Shown here in pieces: positions 36,350 to 46,325 of a stretch of 64,000 nt of DNA. The position numbers were made by a program, and so were the translations under genes. A model generated the notes under the pieces. That model did not search any database. It was given only the letters and a program-made list of their open reading frames with translations, and was not told where the DNA came from. Each line of letters begins with the position of its first letter. Position 1 is the first letter of the stretch. The DNA comes from Treponemataceae bacterium (GTDB taxonomy: Bacteria; Spirochaetota; Spirochaetia; Treponematales; Rectinemataceae): contig CAXXHO010000005.1 of NCBI GenBank assembly GCA_963667725.2, positions 1-64,000 of the forward strand. Direction: 5' to 3'.

Positions 36350-37636
36350 GAACCTGTTGAAAAACGCCGCCAGTTGCGTCTATCCAGTCACTATGATCGC
36401 GAAAGCGACGCCTTCGGAGGCGTTTCGAGGGCCGGAGTTAGCCCTCATCGGGCGCGCGGCGTGTTGAAAAACGCCGCTTTTCGCCCGCGGGTCACACTTC
36501 GGTCCGAGCCAACCGCGGGAGCCGCCATAAATTGTAGGCCGCAGCGGTCATCACGAACTGCCAGCTCACTTTCAGCAGCCCTCTCAGCTTCGTCTTCTTC
36601 ATGCCGCCGGTCTGCTTCATCCAACCGAATATCTTCTCGATCAGCGGGCGCTTCGATAGACTGATCCGGTAACTGGCGTGCCGCGCCGTTCGCCCGTCAA
36701 TCGCGCTGCCGCCGTTGCGCCCGGTGTTCTGCGCCACGTGCGGGCGAATGTTCATCTCACGCGCAGTGTTCACGAAGTCCCGCGTGTCGTAGCCCTTATC
36801 GGCCCCCACGCTCATCGGCCCGCGCTTCCCGCGCCGTCGCCGGGATTTCCATTTGCTGTGAAGCATCAGCAGCGCCGCGTCGCGCTCGGCCGTGCCGTCG
36901 GCGTGCGTCAACAACGCATCCACCACCAGGCCGTTCCGGTTTTCCATTAACACGTGGCCCAAGTAGCCCAACTTGGCTTCCTGACAGTTACCCTTGCGAT
37001 ACAGGCGCGAGTCCGGATCGGTCTTCGATTCGTGCGTGTCGTTGCTGCGCTTCTGGCCGCGAAACTGGCCCGGTTCATCGTCGTCGCCGTCCTTTTTCTG
37101 GAAGCTCTTCTGGCTCGCCCACGCCTCGATCAGCGTGCCGTCGACGCTGAAATGCTCATCCGACAGGTGCGGCTTGGCCTGCTCCAGCACCCGCGCGAAG
37201 AACGCCCGCGCCACGTCCTGATTCAGCAACCGCTCGCGGTTCTTGCTGAACACCGCGTGGTTCCACACCGGCTCATCCAACTCCAGACCAACGAACCAGC
37301 GGAACAACAAGTTGTACTGCATTTGCTCCATCAGCATGCGCTCGCTGCGGACGGAGTAGAAGATTTGCAGCAGCGCCGCGCGGAGCAAGCGCTCGGGCGG
37401 CACCGAGGGGCGGCCGGTGCGGGAATACATGCCCTCGAAGTCCTTGGCCATGGCTCGAAGGACCTCATCCACTGCCTTGCGGATGGAACGCAACGGGTGA
37501 TCCTGCGGCACCCGCTCCTCCAAGGATACATAGCTGAACATCCCCGATTGCTGCTGATCGTCACCGCGCATACTCTGATTGTCGCGTGGCCGAATTCGCT
37601 GGCAAAGGATCTCAGGAAGAGTTTTTCAACAAGTTC
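36350..37636 (-). mobile_element. IS5-family insertion sequence
   Basis: Terminal inverted repeats GAACCTGTTGAAAAAC / GTTTTTCAACAAGTTC (15/16 match); CTAG on both sides (36346-49, 37637-40). Confidence 0.93.
36492..37571 (-). CDS. IS5-family transposase
   Basis: VPQDHPLR; GRPSVPPERLL; FRWFVGL; SVDGTLIEAWAS; GADKGYD; RPLIEKIFGWMK. Confidence 0.95.
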   Translation of the reverse strand: MRGDDQQQSGMFSYVSLEERVPQDHPLRSIRKAVDEVLRAMAKDFEGMYSRTGRPSVPPERLLRAALLQIFYSVRSERMLMEQMQYNLLFRWFVGLELDEPVWNHAVFSKNRERLLNQDVARAFFARVLEQAKPHLSDEHFSVDGTLIEAWASQKSFQKKDGDDDEPGQFRGQKRSNDTHESKTDPDSRLYRKGNCQEAKLGYLGHVLMENRNGLVVDALLTHADGTAERDAALLMLHSKWKSRRRRGKRGPMSVGADKGYDTRDFVNTAREMNIRPHVAQNTGRNGGSAIDGRTARHASYRISLSKRPLIEKIFGWMKQTGGMKKTKLRGLLKVSWQFVMTAAAYNLWRLPRLARTEV

Positions 37637-40600
37637 CTAGCTTTGCCGCAGGCCCTACGGCGATGTTGAACGCATTGCTCGTCGCAGCGGTTAGGCTGCC
37701 GTCGGTTGCCCGTAAGGTATAACCGGCCCCAATTTTGTCGATCGCGCAGCCAGTAAAGGTCGCAACCCCCGATACCGCGGATCGGGGGTTACTGGGACAC
37801 ATAAGCGTACCCCCGCCGGGGTTGCTGCTAATCGCCAACGTCACCGTGGAGGTGTCAGTTGTGACCGTGTTTCCATTGGCGTCGCTAATTGTCACTACCG
37901 GCTGCGTAGATAAACTAGCCCCGCCGGCCCCGTTACCCGGTTGTGTAGTGAAGACTAGCCGCGTGGCCGGACCGGGAACGATGTTGAAAGCGCTGCTGGC
38001 ATCGCTTGAAACTCCGGAAGCGTTCGCGCTCAAAATGTAGCCGGTTCCCGATCTGTTGATGCTGCACCCCGCAAACGTAGCCACTCCCGATACAGTAGCG
38101 ACCGCCAAACCGCCCGGAGAGCATACGAGCGTCCCTGACCCGGGATTGGTCGAGATCGCCAATGTGACCGTCCGGCTGGCCGTGCTAACGGTGTTGCCAC
38201 CGGCGTCCTGAATCGCCACAACCGGTTGAACCCCCCATGTGGCTGCGGCACTACCACCGCTCGGCTGCGTGGTGAAGGTCAGTTGCGTAGGTAATCCCAC
38301 AGTGACGGTGAACGCGTTGCTCGTCGTCGCGGTCAGGCTGCCGTCGGTTGCCCTTAAGGTATAACCGGTGCCGATTTTGTCAATTGCGCAACCCGTAAAG
38401 GTCGCCACCCCCGATACCGCGGACCGGGGGTTGGACGTGCAATTGAGGGTACCACCGCCTGGGTTGGTGCTGATCGCCAACGTCACGCTGGAATAGTTAT
38501 TCGTGACGGTGTTACCGCCGGCGTCCTGTACAGCCACCACCGGCTGGGTTAACCAGGTTGCGCCACCCGTGCCACCACCCGGCTGAGTGGTAAAGGCCAG
38601 CTTCGCCGCGGATCCCACGGTGATGTTGAACGTGTTGCTGGTGGCTGGGGCCAAAGTGCCGTCGATCGCTTGTAACCGGTAGCCGTTCCCAATCCTATCG
38701 ATCTGGCAACCGGAAAATGTTGCCACTCCCACCATTGCGGTCACAGGGTCGGCGGCGCAGGTTAGAGTCCCTCCACCAGGGTTGTTACTGATCGTCAAAG
38801 TCACGCTGGACGCGTCCGTGTTGACAATGTTGCCATTCGCGTCCTCAATGGCCACCACCGGCTGCGTTGCAAGGCTCGAACCGCCGCTACCGTTGCCTGG
38901 CTGCATGGTGAACACCAACTTCGTGGCCGCGCCAGCCGTGATATTGAAAGCACTGGTGGTTGCGCTGGTCATACCGGAAGATGCGGCGCTCAATGTGTAT
39001 CCAATCCCTGATTTGCTGATATTGCAGCCTGCGAATGTCGCCACGCCCGACACCGTAGCCATCGCCAAGCCGCCCGGCGGGCACGCCAGAGTTCCAGAAC
39101 CAGGGTTGTTTGAGATCGCCAATGTGATCGTCCTGTTTACCGTGGTTACCGTGTTCCCACCAGCATCCTGAATTGCAACCACCGGCTGAGCTGGCCAGGC
39201 CGTTAGGAACATGCCCCCACTCGGCTGTATGGTAAAACCGAGCTTCGCGGCGGAGCCCACAGTGATGCTGAAGGCAGCACTGGTTGCGCCATGCAGTGAG
39301 CCGGACGTTGCCAGCAAGGTGTAGCCGCTTCCTGCCCTGTCAATCGCGCAGCCTGCAAAGATCGCGACGCCTGACGACGTGCTGACGGGATTTGCCGTGC
39401 AGCCAAGAGATCCCGAACTGGGATTAGTCCCTGTCGCGAGCGTGATGGAATAGGCTGGGGTCGTTACGGTGTTACCGTTAGAATCCTGAACGGTCACCCT
39501 TGGCTGCGCGGCCCATGTCGTTCCTCCGGTTCCTCCACCCGGCTCTTGTGTGAAGACCAGTTGAGCCGCGGCCCCTGCTGCGATGTTGAAGGTCCCGCTC
39601 GTGGCTCCTGCTAACCCTGCCGCCGAGGCTGTTAACGTGTAGCCGTTTCCCGACTTGTTAATGCTGCAGCCTGCAAACATCGCGGCCCCCGCCGAACCGT
39701 CTAAGGGATTCGTGATACACGACAGCGTCCCCGAGCCAGGATTCGTCCCGATCGCCAGCGTGATCGCATTCGTTGCATCGGCTATCGTGTGGCCGAACGA
39801 ATCTTGGATTGCCAGTACCGGCTGAAGCGTCCACGCCAGTCCGGCGGTCCCCCCGCCCGGCTGAGTTGTGAACGCAATTCTGGATGCGGATCCCAGAATA
39901 GCGACCACCGGTGAAGTCGGCATCGCCGTGTCATTTCCATAGCCAAGCCTCGTCGTCGCACTGAACGTCGAGTTCTGAGCAGAGTCAGGTGACGTCACAT
40001 AGTTCCCCGCCGTACCAAATGTGACTCTGAAACTCGTGTTTGCAGGGCAAACCATGTTCACGGTTATGACGTTTGAGTAAACGCTGCCTAGACCAGCGCT
40101 GGTGCAGTTTGTGTTCGTAACACCGACGTTGGAGGTGTTGGGTACAGTCCATCCGCTCGGGACGGTAATCCGAACTCTACTGCCGCTCGTAAAGGCCGTA
40201 GTAGTAAAAAACGTGAAAGTCAAGCTCATGCCGGACTGGCTGGCCTTGACGCTGGTCGGGTTCACCGATAGCGAGACGCCCGTGGGCATGACTGTGAGCG
40301 CTGCTTGCTGACTCGTACCGTTGTAGGTAGCGGTAATCACGACACCAGTCGCGTAAGCAACGGTGCCTGTGTTCACGGTAAAGCTCGCAGTGCTAGAACT
40401 CGGGGAGACCGTCACACTAGCCGGCACCGCGGCCACCGCCGGATTGCTGCTGGTAAGCGCCACAACCGCACCACCGGTCGAGGCCGGCCCGGTCAACGTC
40501 ACCGTGCCACCGGAATCGCCGCCCGCGGCAACGATACTCGGTGTCAATGCAATTGCCGAGAGTGACGGCGGATTCACGGTCAAACTGGCGTCCTTAATTA

Positions 40601-43600
40601 CGCCGTTTAGAGTAGCTGAGACGGTTACCCCGCTCACCGCTACCACCGGGTTGGTCGCGACAGTGAAGATAGCAGTACTGGCGCCGGCCGCTACTATCAC
40701 GCTGCCTGGTACCGCAGCCGTCGCCGCCTCGCTCGAAGTGAGCGTAACCACCGCTCCACCAGCAGGTGCCGGCGCAGTCAGAGTGACAGTGCCTATTGAG
40801 TCGGTACCACCTGCTACGGTAGAGGGTACCAATGCCACTGAAGCGACTCCAAAGCCCGCTTGTACGACGGTACCGCCGACAGTCGCGGTCGGCTCCACCG
40901 CTGCATACTTTCTCACCAACACATTGTTGAAGTTCGCGACGGTATTTGCTTCGCCGTACAAGGCCACACCGCCTGCGGTTAAAGACGAATCTGACGCCTG
41001 AACCTGCAGCACGTCGTCTTTATATAGTTCAATCCAAGTACCGTGCACTTTGGCCGTTAACTTGTACCACTCGTTCGGATTGACCACTCCCACGGACGCG
41101 CTACCGAGCGTCGCAGCCGAATTGTTCATCCATCTGTAGAGATACAGGTTATTCGTTGAATTGAGGTCATCGTACAGATTGGCGGAATAAAGATTACCGA
41201 CGCCACCGTTCCGCACTCCCAAGCCCCACAGCCTGCCAGCCACCTGCTTCCCGTACACCTGTACTACATAGTCAGTGCCCGAGTACAAAGAGGAAAGAAT
41301 CTGTGTTGCCGTCGTGCTCCCCTGACCGACTAGGCCAGCGATGCCGTCCTGTTGAGTGTCGCTCACCACCGACCATGTGCCTCCACTTGCGCTCCATTTG
41401 GCAGGGTTCAGAATGGCAGAGCTGAAATCATCGAAAAACTCGAAGGTCTGATCGCCACTAGCTGTGCTGCTGTTTGCTGACGAATTTCCATAATATAGAA
41501 AAAGCGTAACCCCGCTCGTCGGAATCGTCGGCACCCGCACCCATAAGCGGGCACTCTGCTGCGACGGGTTCCAGCTTTCAATCCAGTATGGAAGTTGTGT
41601 GCCTCCGTCTGCATCGGCGAAGCGTAAGTCCGCCCCGTCACTCCGGACTTTTGTAAAGTCAAAGGACGCATCCAACTTGACCTGGACTTGGTGATTCATT
41701 AACGCAGCACCACTTCCGTTCGCCACAGCCACTGCGCTCCGGTACACCCAAGATGGGTTCAACCAACTCCCCCCGACAACGTTGACCGGGAGGGTAGCCG
41801 CTACGTTGATTCCGTCGTAACTGGCAGTAATCGTGACGTTGGTCGATTGCGACACACTGTTGGTTGTCACCGTGAACGTGGCGCTGGTTGCACCCGCCGG
41901 AACAGTCACGCTGTTCGGAACAGCGGCTACGGAAGAACTGCTGCTGGAAATTACCACCACCACCCCGCCCGCCGGGGCGGCACCCGACAACAATACCATC
42001 CCCACGGAGCTGCCGCCAGCCATTACTGCGGCAGGAGTAAACGTCAAAGACGATAGTACTGGCGTAATCATCAAAACTGCCGCTTGGCTGGCGCCAGCAT
42101 ACGTCGCTGTGATCGTAACGCTGGTTGCCTGCGATACAGCACCAGAAGTCACAGTGAAGCCTGCCGTCACCGCACCCCCTTGGACTGTCACGCTGTTCGG
42201 CACAGACGCAACAGCAGGGTTACTACTTGAAAGAGAAATCACGGCACCGTCTTGCGGCGCACTCGCTGCCAACGTCACCGTACCCACCGAACTGCCGCCA
42301 CCAAAAACACTTGAAGGGCTAAGTACCACTGAAGAAAGGATCGGGGTTACCGTAAGAGTAGCCTGTTGCACCTGACCACTATAGGTGGCTGAAATAGTCG
42401 CCATGCTTGTCCTCACGACGGTGCTAGTTCTAACCATAAAGCTCGCACTCGTAGCCCCTTGATTCACCACGACGCTGACCGGTACACCAGCTATGGTTGG
42501 ATTTGAGCTCGAAAGCGTGACCACAATTCCCCCTGCCGGCGCGACACTAGCTAGGGTCACGGACCCGACCGCCTGATCGCCCCCAAACACTGGGTTGGGA
42601 TTAAACGATATCCCTGAGAGTAACTGGTCAGATCGCCCTGTTATAGTCGCGGTCGGCTCCACCGCTGCATACTTTCTCACCAACACATTGTTGAAGTTCG
42701 CGACGGTATTTGCTTCGCCGTACAAGGCCACACCGCCTGCGGTTAAAGACGAATCTGACGCCTGAACCTGCAGCACGTCGTCTTTATATAGTTCAATCCA
42801 AGTACCGTGCACTTTGGCCGTTAACTTGTACCACTCGTTCGGATTGACCACTCCCACGGACGCGCTACCGAGCGTCGCAGCTGAATTGTTCATCCATCTG
42901 TAGAGATACAGGTTATTCGTTGAATTGAGGTCATCGTACAGATTGGCGGAATAAAGATTACCGACGCCACTGTTCCGCACTCCCAAGCCCCACAGCCTGC
43001 CAGCCACCTGCTTCCCGTACACCTGTACTACATAGTCAGTGCCCGAGTACAAAGAGGAAAGAATCTGTGTTGCCGTCGTGCTCCCCTGACCGACTAGGCC
43101 AGCGATGCCGTCCTGTTGAGTGTCGCTCACCACCGACCATGTGCCTCCACTTGCGCTCCATTTGGCAGGGTTCAGAATGGCAGAGCTGAAATCATCGAAA
43201 AACTCGAAGGTCTGATCGCCACTAGCTGTGCTGCTGTTTGCTGACGAATTTCCATAATATAGAAAAAGCGTAACCCCGCTCGTCGGAATCGTCGGCACCC
43301 GCACCCATAAGCGGGCACTCTGCTGCGACGGGTTCCAGCTTTCAATCCAGTATGGAAGTTGTGTGCCTCCGTCTGCATCGGCGAAGCGTAAGTCCGCCCC
43401 GTCACTCCGGACTTTTGTAAAGTCAAAGGACGCATCCAACTTGACCTGGACTTGGTGATTCATTAACGCAGCACCACTTCCGTTCGCCACAGCCACTGCG
43501 CTCCGGTACACCCAAGATGGGTTCAACCAACTCCCCCCGACAACGTTGACCGGGAGGGTAGCCGCTACGTTGATTCCGTCGTAACTGGCAGTAATCGTGA

Positions 43601-46220
43601 CGTTGGTCGATTGCGACACACTGTTGGTTGTCACCGTGAACGTGGCGCTGGTTGCACCCGCCGGAACAGTCACGCTGTTCGGAACAGCGGCTACGGAAGA
43701 ACTGCTGCTGGAAATTACCACCACCACCCCGCCCGCCGGGGCGGCACCCGACAACAATACCATCCCCACGGAGCTGCCGCCAGCCATTACTGCGGCAGGA
43801 GTAAACGTCAAAGACGATAGTACTGGCGTAATCATCAAAACTGCCGCTTGGCTGGCGCCAGCATACGTCGCTGTGATCGTAACGCTGGTTGCCTGCGATA
43901 CAGCACCAGAAGTCACAGTGAAGCCTGCCGTCACCGCACCCCCTTGGACTGTCACGCTGTTCGGCACAGACGCAACAGCAGGGTTACTACTTGAAAGAGA
44001 AATCACGGCACCGTCTTGCGGCGCACTCGCTGCCAACGTCACCGTACCCACCGAACTGCCGCCACCAAAAACACTTGAAGGGCTAAGTACCACTGAAGAA
44101 AGGATCGGGGTTACCGTAAGAGTAGCCTGTTGCACCTGACCACTATAGGTGGCTGAAATAGTCGCCATGCTTGTCCTCACGACGGTGCTAGTTCTAACCA
44201 TAAAGCTCGCACTCGTAGCCCCTTGATTCACCACGACGCTGACCGGTACACCAGCTATGGTTGGATTTGAGCTCGAAAGCGTGACCACAATTCCCCCTGC
44301 CGGCGCGACACTAGCTAGGGTCACGGACCCGACCGCCTGATCGCCCCCAAACACTGGGTTGGGATTAAACGATATCCCTGAGAGTAACTGGTCAGATCGC
44401 CCTGTTATAGTCGCGGTCGGCTCCACCGCTGCATACTTTCTCACCAACACATTGTTGAAGTTCGCGACGGTATTTGCTTCGCCGTACAAGGCCACACCGC
44501 CTGCGGTTAAAGACGAATCTGACGCCTGAACCTGCAGCACGTCGTCTTTATATAGTTCAATCCAAGTACCGTGCACTTTGGCCGTTAACTTGTACCACTC
44601 GTTCGGATTGACCACTCCCACGGACGCGTTACCGAGCGTCGCAGCCGGATTACGGACAAAACTAAAAGCATATAGGTTGTCAGTACCGTCAAGGTCCTCG
44701 TACAAGTTAGCGGAGTCATAACTGGATGGTCCCGTTACCCCAACACCGAGGCCCCACACCCTTCCGCTAACTTGTTTCCCATACGCTTCTACGACGTAGT
44801 CCCTGCCTTGAAACCCAGTCGCTTGTAGGACCTGGCGACTTAACGTGGACCCCTGAATGACAGTCCCAAGAAGTCCATCTTGCTGTACGTCCTGCCTGGG
44901 CAGCCAACTGCCTGAGGACGGGGCCCACTTCGCCGTATCCGGTCCAAGAATCCTTCCGAGGCTCAGGTCGGCTGCTCGATGTTCAAGAGTCCACGTTCCG
45001 CTGTCTAGCTTACAAGTATACTCATGAAGCGTGTTACCGAAGACGTGCTGAAACATGCACGCGGAATTATTACTAATCACTGGATTACCCGGCAACGGAA
45101 TAAAGCCGGTCATTGGATCGGTGCTGGCATATACCATAACGTTCCAGCTGCCGCTAGTCATGCTAGCGCCCCCGTCCAACACCTCGGTAGAAAGGAAGTA
45201 GGTACCTCCGTAGTACAACATGTTTGGCGCTGCAAGTGCTGTACTGGACGACAAGAGTGTGGTCTCAGTTGAACCGTCATCAAGCCCCAGCGGTGATGTC
45301 GCACGACGAGCTTTGATGTTGCATTGCTTTTCACCGTCGCCGGAGTACCAATAGATATAGTAGAGCCCATCCACCTGGTTGTAGAAGAGATTCGGATTTT
45401 GGTTTCGAAAGCCGAGTTGAGGTTCGACTATCGTCTTCACATCGGTGAAAGTGATGCCATCGGCGCTGGTCGCGAGTACAATGTAGCTAGTTGTACAATA
45501 ATCCTTCGTATACAGCATATAGAAGGTGCCGTTCACTCTGAGTACTGAAGGCCACCGACCATTGCTGAACACCGGATTGCCCGTGTACTTGGTCCAACTG
45601 ACCAAGTCGTCGCTAAAGGCGAGACCGACGCCGCCGCATCCACCGTCCAGACCGTAGTACCCCCAGTAGGTGTGTCCACCACTACTAACGTCGAGCACGC
45701 TCAATGTATGGGGCGCCGCCGTTTCCCAAGACTGGTCGCGGACCAGCGCAGTCTGAGGTGGGCCGAGGTGAAAATATCCTTCCAGTGGGTGTGGAGACGC
45801 CTCGAAATCATCGAAGAATTCAAAGGTGGCGTCTCCTTTGGAGATGCTACTGGCCAACGGATTGCCATAATACAGGTACACGATTGCGCCGTTCGCGGGC
45901 AAGGAGGGCACCTTTACCCAGATGCTAGCTGACAAGGACGCAAGGTTCCATGTCTCTACCCAGTGTGGCAGGACCGTAGTTCCGTCCGAAGCGGTGAGCC
46001 GGATGTCGCTCCCGTCCGGTTTCGCCTTGTCGAAACTGAACGAACTGTCCAGCCTCACGTGCACCTGAAAGTCCTCAAGAGATGCTCCGTTTGGATTGCC
46101 CAACGTTATCTGAGTTCGGTACGCCCAACTCGAACCTAGCCACCCGGGCGTCTGGGCTACGAGGCTCCGGGCAGGCCACAGCGCCGCCACTAGCGCAAGC
46201 GTCAGCTTGAGTGTCTTCAT
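37626..46220 (-). CDS. Giant secreted surface protein (3x DUF2341-like, glycoside-hydrolase-like propeller, lectin-like and Ig-like repeats), truncated by IS insertion
   Basis: Signal peptide; DGSDIR..LPHWVE..WVKVP..YLYYGN three times; AFSDDLVSWTKYTGNPV propeller blades; GTVTL...AP.GG..V.LSSS repeats; eight KLxFTxQP repeats, the last cut by IS5. Confidence 0.88.
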   Translation of the reverse strand: MKTLKLTLALVAALWPARSLVAQTPGWLGSSWAYRTQITLGNPNGASLEDFQVHVRLDSSFSFDKAKPDGSDIRLTASDGTTVLPHWVETWNLASLSASIWVKVPSLPANGAIVYLYYGNPLASSISKGDATFEFFDDFEASPHPLEGYFHLGPPQTALVRDQSWETAAPHTLSVLDVSSGGHTYWGYYGLDGGCGGVGLAFSDDLVSWTKYTGNPVFSNGRWPSVLRVNGTFYMLYTKDYCTTSYIVLATSADGITFTDVKTIVEPQLGFRNQNPNLFYNQVDGLYYIYWYSGDGEKQCNIKARRATSPLGLDDGSTETTLLSSSTALAAPNMLYYGGTYFLSTEVLDGGASMTSGSWNVMVYASTDPMTGFIPLPGNPVISNNSACMFQHVFGNTLHEYTCKLDSGTWTLEHRAADLSLGRILGPDTAKWAPSSGSWLPRQDVQQDGLLGTVIQGSTLSRQVLQATGFQGRDYVVEAYGKQVSGRVWGLGVGVTGPSSYDSANLYEDLDGTDNLYAFSFVRNPAATLGNASVGVVNPNEWYKLTAKVHGTWIELYKDDVLQVQASDSSLTAGGVALYGEANTVANFNNVLVRKYAAVEPTATITGRSDQLLSGISFNPNPVFGGDQAVGSVTLASVAPAGGIVVTLSSSNPTIAGVPVSVVVNQGATSASFMVRTSTVVRTSMATISATYSGQVQQATLTVTPILSSVVLSPSSVFGGGSSVGTVTLAASAPQDGAVISLSSSNPAVASVPNSVTVQGGAVTAGFTVTSGAVSQATSVTITATYAGASQAAVLMITPVLSSLTFTPAAVMAGGSSVGMVLLSGAAPAGGVVVVISSSSSSVAAVPNSVTVPAGATSATFTVTTNSVSQSTNVTITASYDGINVAATLPVNVVGGSWLNPSWVYRSAVAVANGSGAALMNHQVQVKLDASFDFTKVRSDGADLRFADADGGTQLPYWIESWNPSQQSARLWVRVPTIPTSGVTLFLYYGNSSANSSTASGDQTFEFFDDFSSAILNPAKWSASGGTWSVVSDTQQDGIAGLVGQGSTTATQILSSLYSGTDYVVQVYGKQVAGRLWGLGVRNSGVGNLYSANLYDDLNSTNNLYLYRWMNNSAATLGSASVGVVNPNEWYKLTAKVHGTWIELYKDDVLQVQASDSSLTAGGVALYGEANTVANFNNVLVRKYAAVEPTATITGRSDQLLSGISFNPNPVFGGDQAVGSVTLASVAPAGGIVVTLSSSNPTIAGVPVSVVVNQGATSASFMVRTSTVVRTSMATISATYSGQVQQATLTVTPILSSVVLSPSSVFGGGSSVGTVTLAASAPQDGAVISLSSSNPAVASVPNSVTVQGGAVTAGFTVTSGAVSQATSVTITATYAGASQAAVLMITPVLSSLTFTPAAVMAGGSSVGMVLLSGAAPAGGVVVVISSSSSSVAAVPNSVTVPAGATSATFTVTTNSVSQSTNVTITASYDGINVAATLPVNVVGGSWLNPSWVYRSAVAVANGSGAALMNHQVQVKLDASFDFTKVRSDGADLRFADADGGTQLPYWIESWNPSQQSARLWVRVPTIPTSGVTLFLYYGNSSANSSTASGDQTFEFFDDFSSAILNPAKWSASGGTWSVVSDTQQDGIAGLVGQGSTTATQILSSLYSGTDYVVQVYGKQVAGRLWGLGVRNGGVGNLYSANLYDDLNSTNNLYLYRWMNNSAATLGSASVGVVNPNEWYKLTAKVHGTWIELYKDDVLQVQASDSSLTAGGVALYGEANTVANFNNVLVRKYAAVEPTATVGGTVVQAGFGVASVALVPSTVAGGTDSIGTVTLTAPAPAGGAVVTLTSSEAATAAVPGSVIVAAGASTAIFTVATNPVVAVSGVTVSATLNGVIKDASLTVNPPSLSAIALTPSIVAAGGDSGGTVTLTGPASTGGAVVALTSSNPAVAAVPASVTVSPSSSTASFTVNTGTVAYATGVVITATYNGTSQQAALTVMPTGVSLSVNPTSVKASQSGMSLTFTFFTTTAFTSGSRVRITVPSGWTVPNTSNVGVTNTNCTSAGLGSVYSNVITVNMVCPANTSFRVTFGTAGNYVTSPDSAQNSTFSATTRLGYGNDTAMPTSPVVAILGSASRIAFTTQPGGGTAGLAWTLQPVLAIQDSFGHTIADATNAITLAIGTNPGSGTLSCITNPLDGSAGAAMFAGCSINKSGNGYTLTASAAGLAGATSGTFNIAAGAAAQLVFTQEPGGGTGGTTWAAQPRVTVQDSNGNTVTTPAYSITLATGTNPSSGSLGCTANPVSTSSGVAIFAGCAIDRAGSGYTLLATSGSLHGATSAAFSITVGSAAKLGFTIQPSGGMFLTAWPAQPVVAIQDAGGNTVTTVNRTITLAISNNPGSGTLACPPGGLAMATVSGVATFAGCNISKSGIGYTLSAASSGMTSATTSAFNITAGAATKLVFTMQPGNGSGGSSLATQPVVAIEDANGNIVNTDASSVTLTISNNPGGGTLTCAADPVTAMVGVATFSGCQIDRIGNGYRLQAIDGTLAPATSNTFNITVGSAAKLAFTTQPGGGTGGATWLTQPVVAVQDAGGNTVTNNYSSVTLAISTNPGGGTLNCTSNPRSAVSGVATFTGCAIDKIGTGYTLRATDGSLTATTSNAFTVTVGLPTQLTFTTQPSGGSAAATWGVQPVVAIQDAGGNTVSTASRTVTLAISTNPGSGTLVCSPGGLAVATVSGVATFAGCSINRSGTGYILSANASGVSSDASSAFNIVPGPATRLVFTTQPGNGAGGASLSTQPVVTISDANGNTVTTDTSTVTLAISSNPGGGTLMCPSNPRSAVSGVATFTGCAIDKIGAGYTLRATDGSLTAATSNAFNIAVGPAAKLGTC
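40881..44645. repeat. Near-perfect in-frame tandem duplication, period 1764 bp (about 2.13 copies)
   Basis: AGTCGCGGTCGGCTCC starts at 40881, 42645 and 44409; identical shadow ORFs 1764 bp apart (41408/43172, 41833/43597). Confidence 0.95.
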
Positions 46221-46325
46221 AAACTGTCCTCTTCGTGGTTCTAATTCGTTCGAGCGGTCTGGAAACGCCGGACCAGTCGATTATGTCTTATATGGCAAAA
46301 GCCATAGCTCAACGACCGACGTCGA

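Noticed and set aside
37641..44645. Repeats as CRISPR array or mobile element
   Set aside because: They are long in-frame coding repeats without spacers; no cas genes are present
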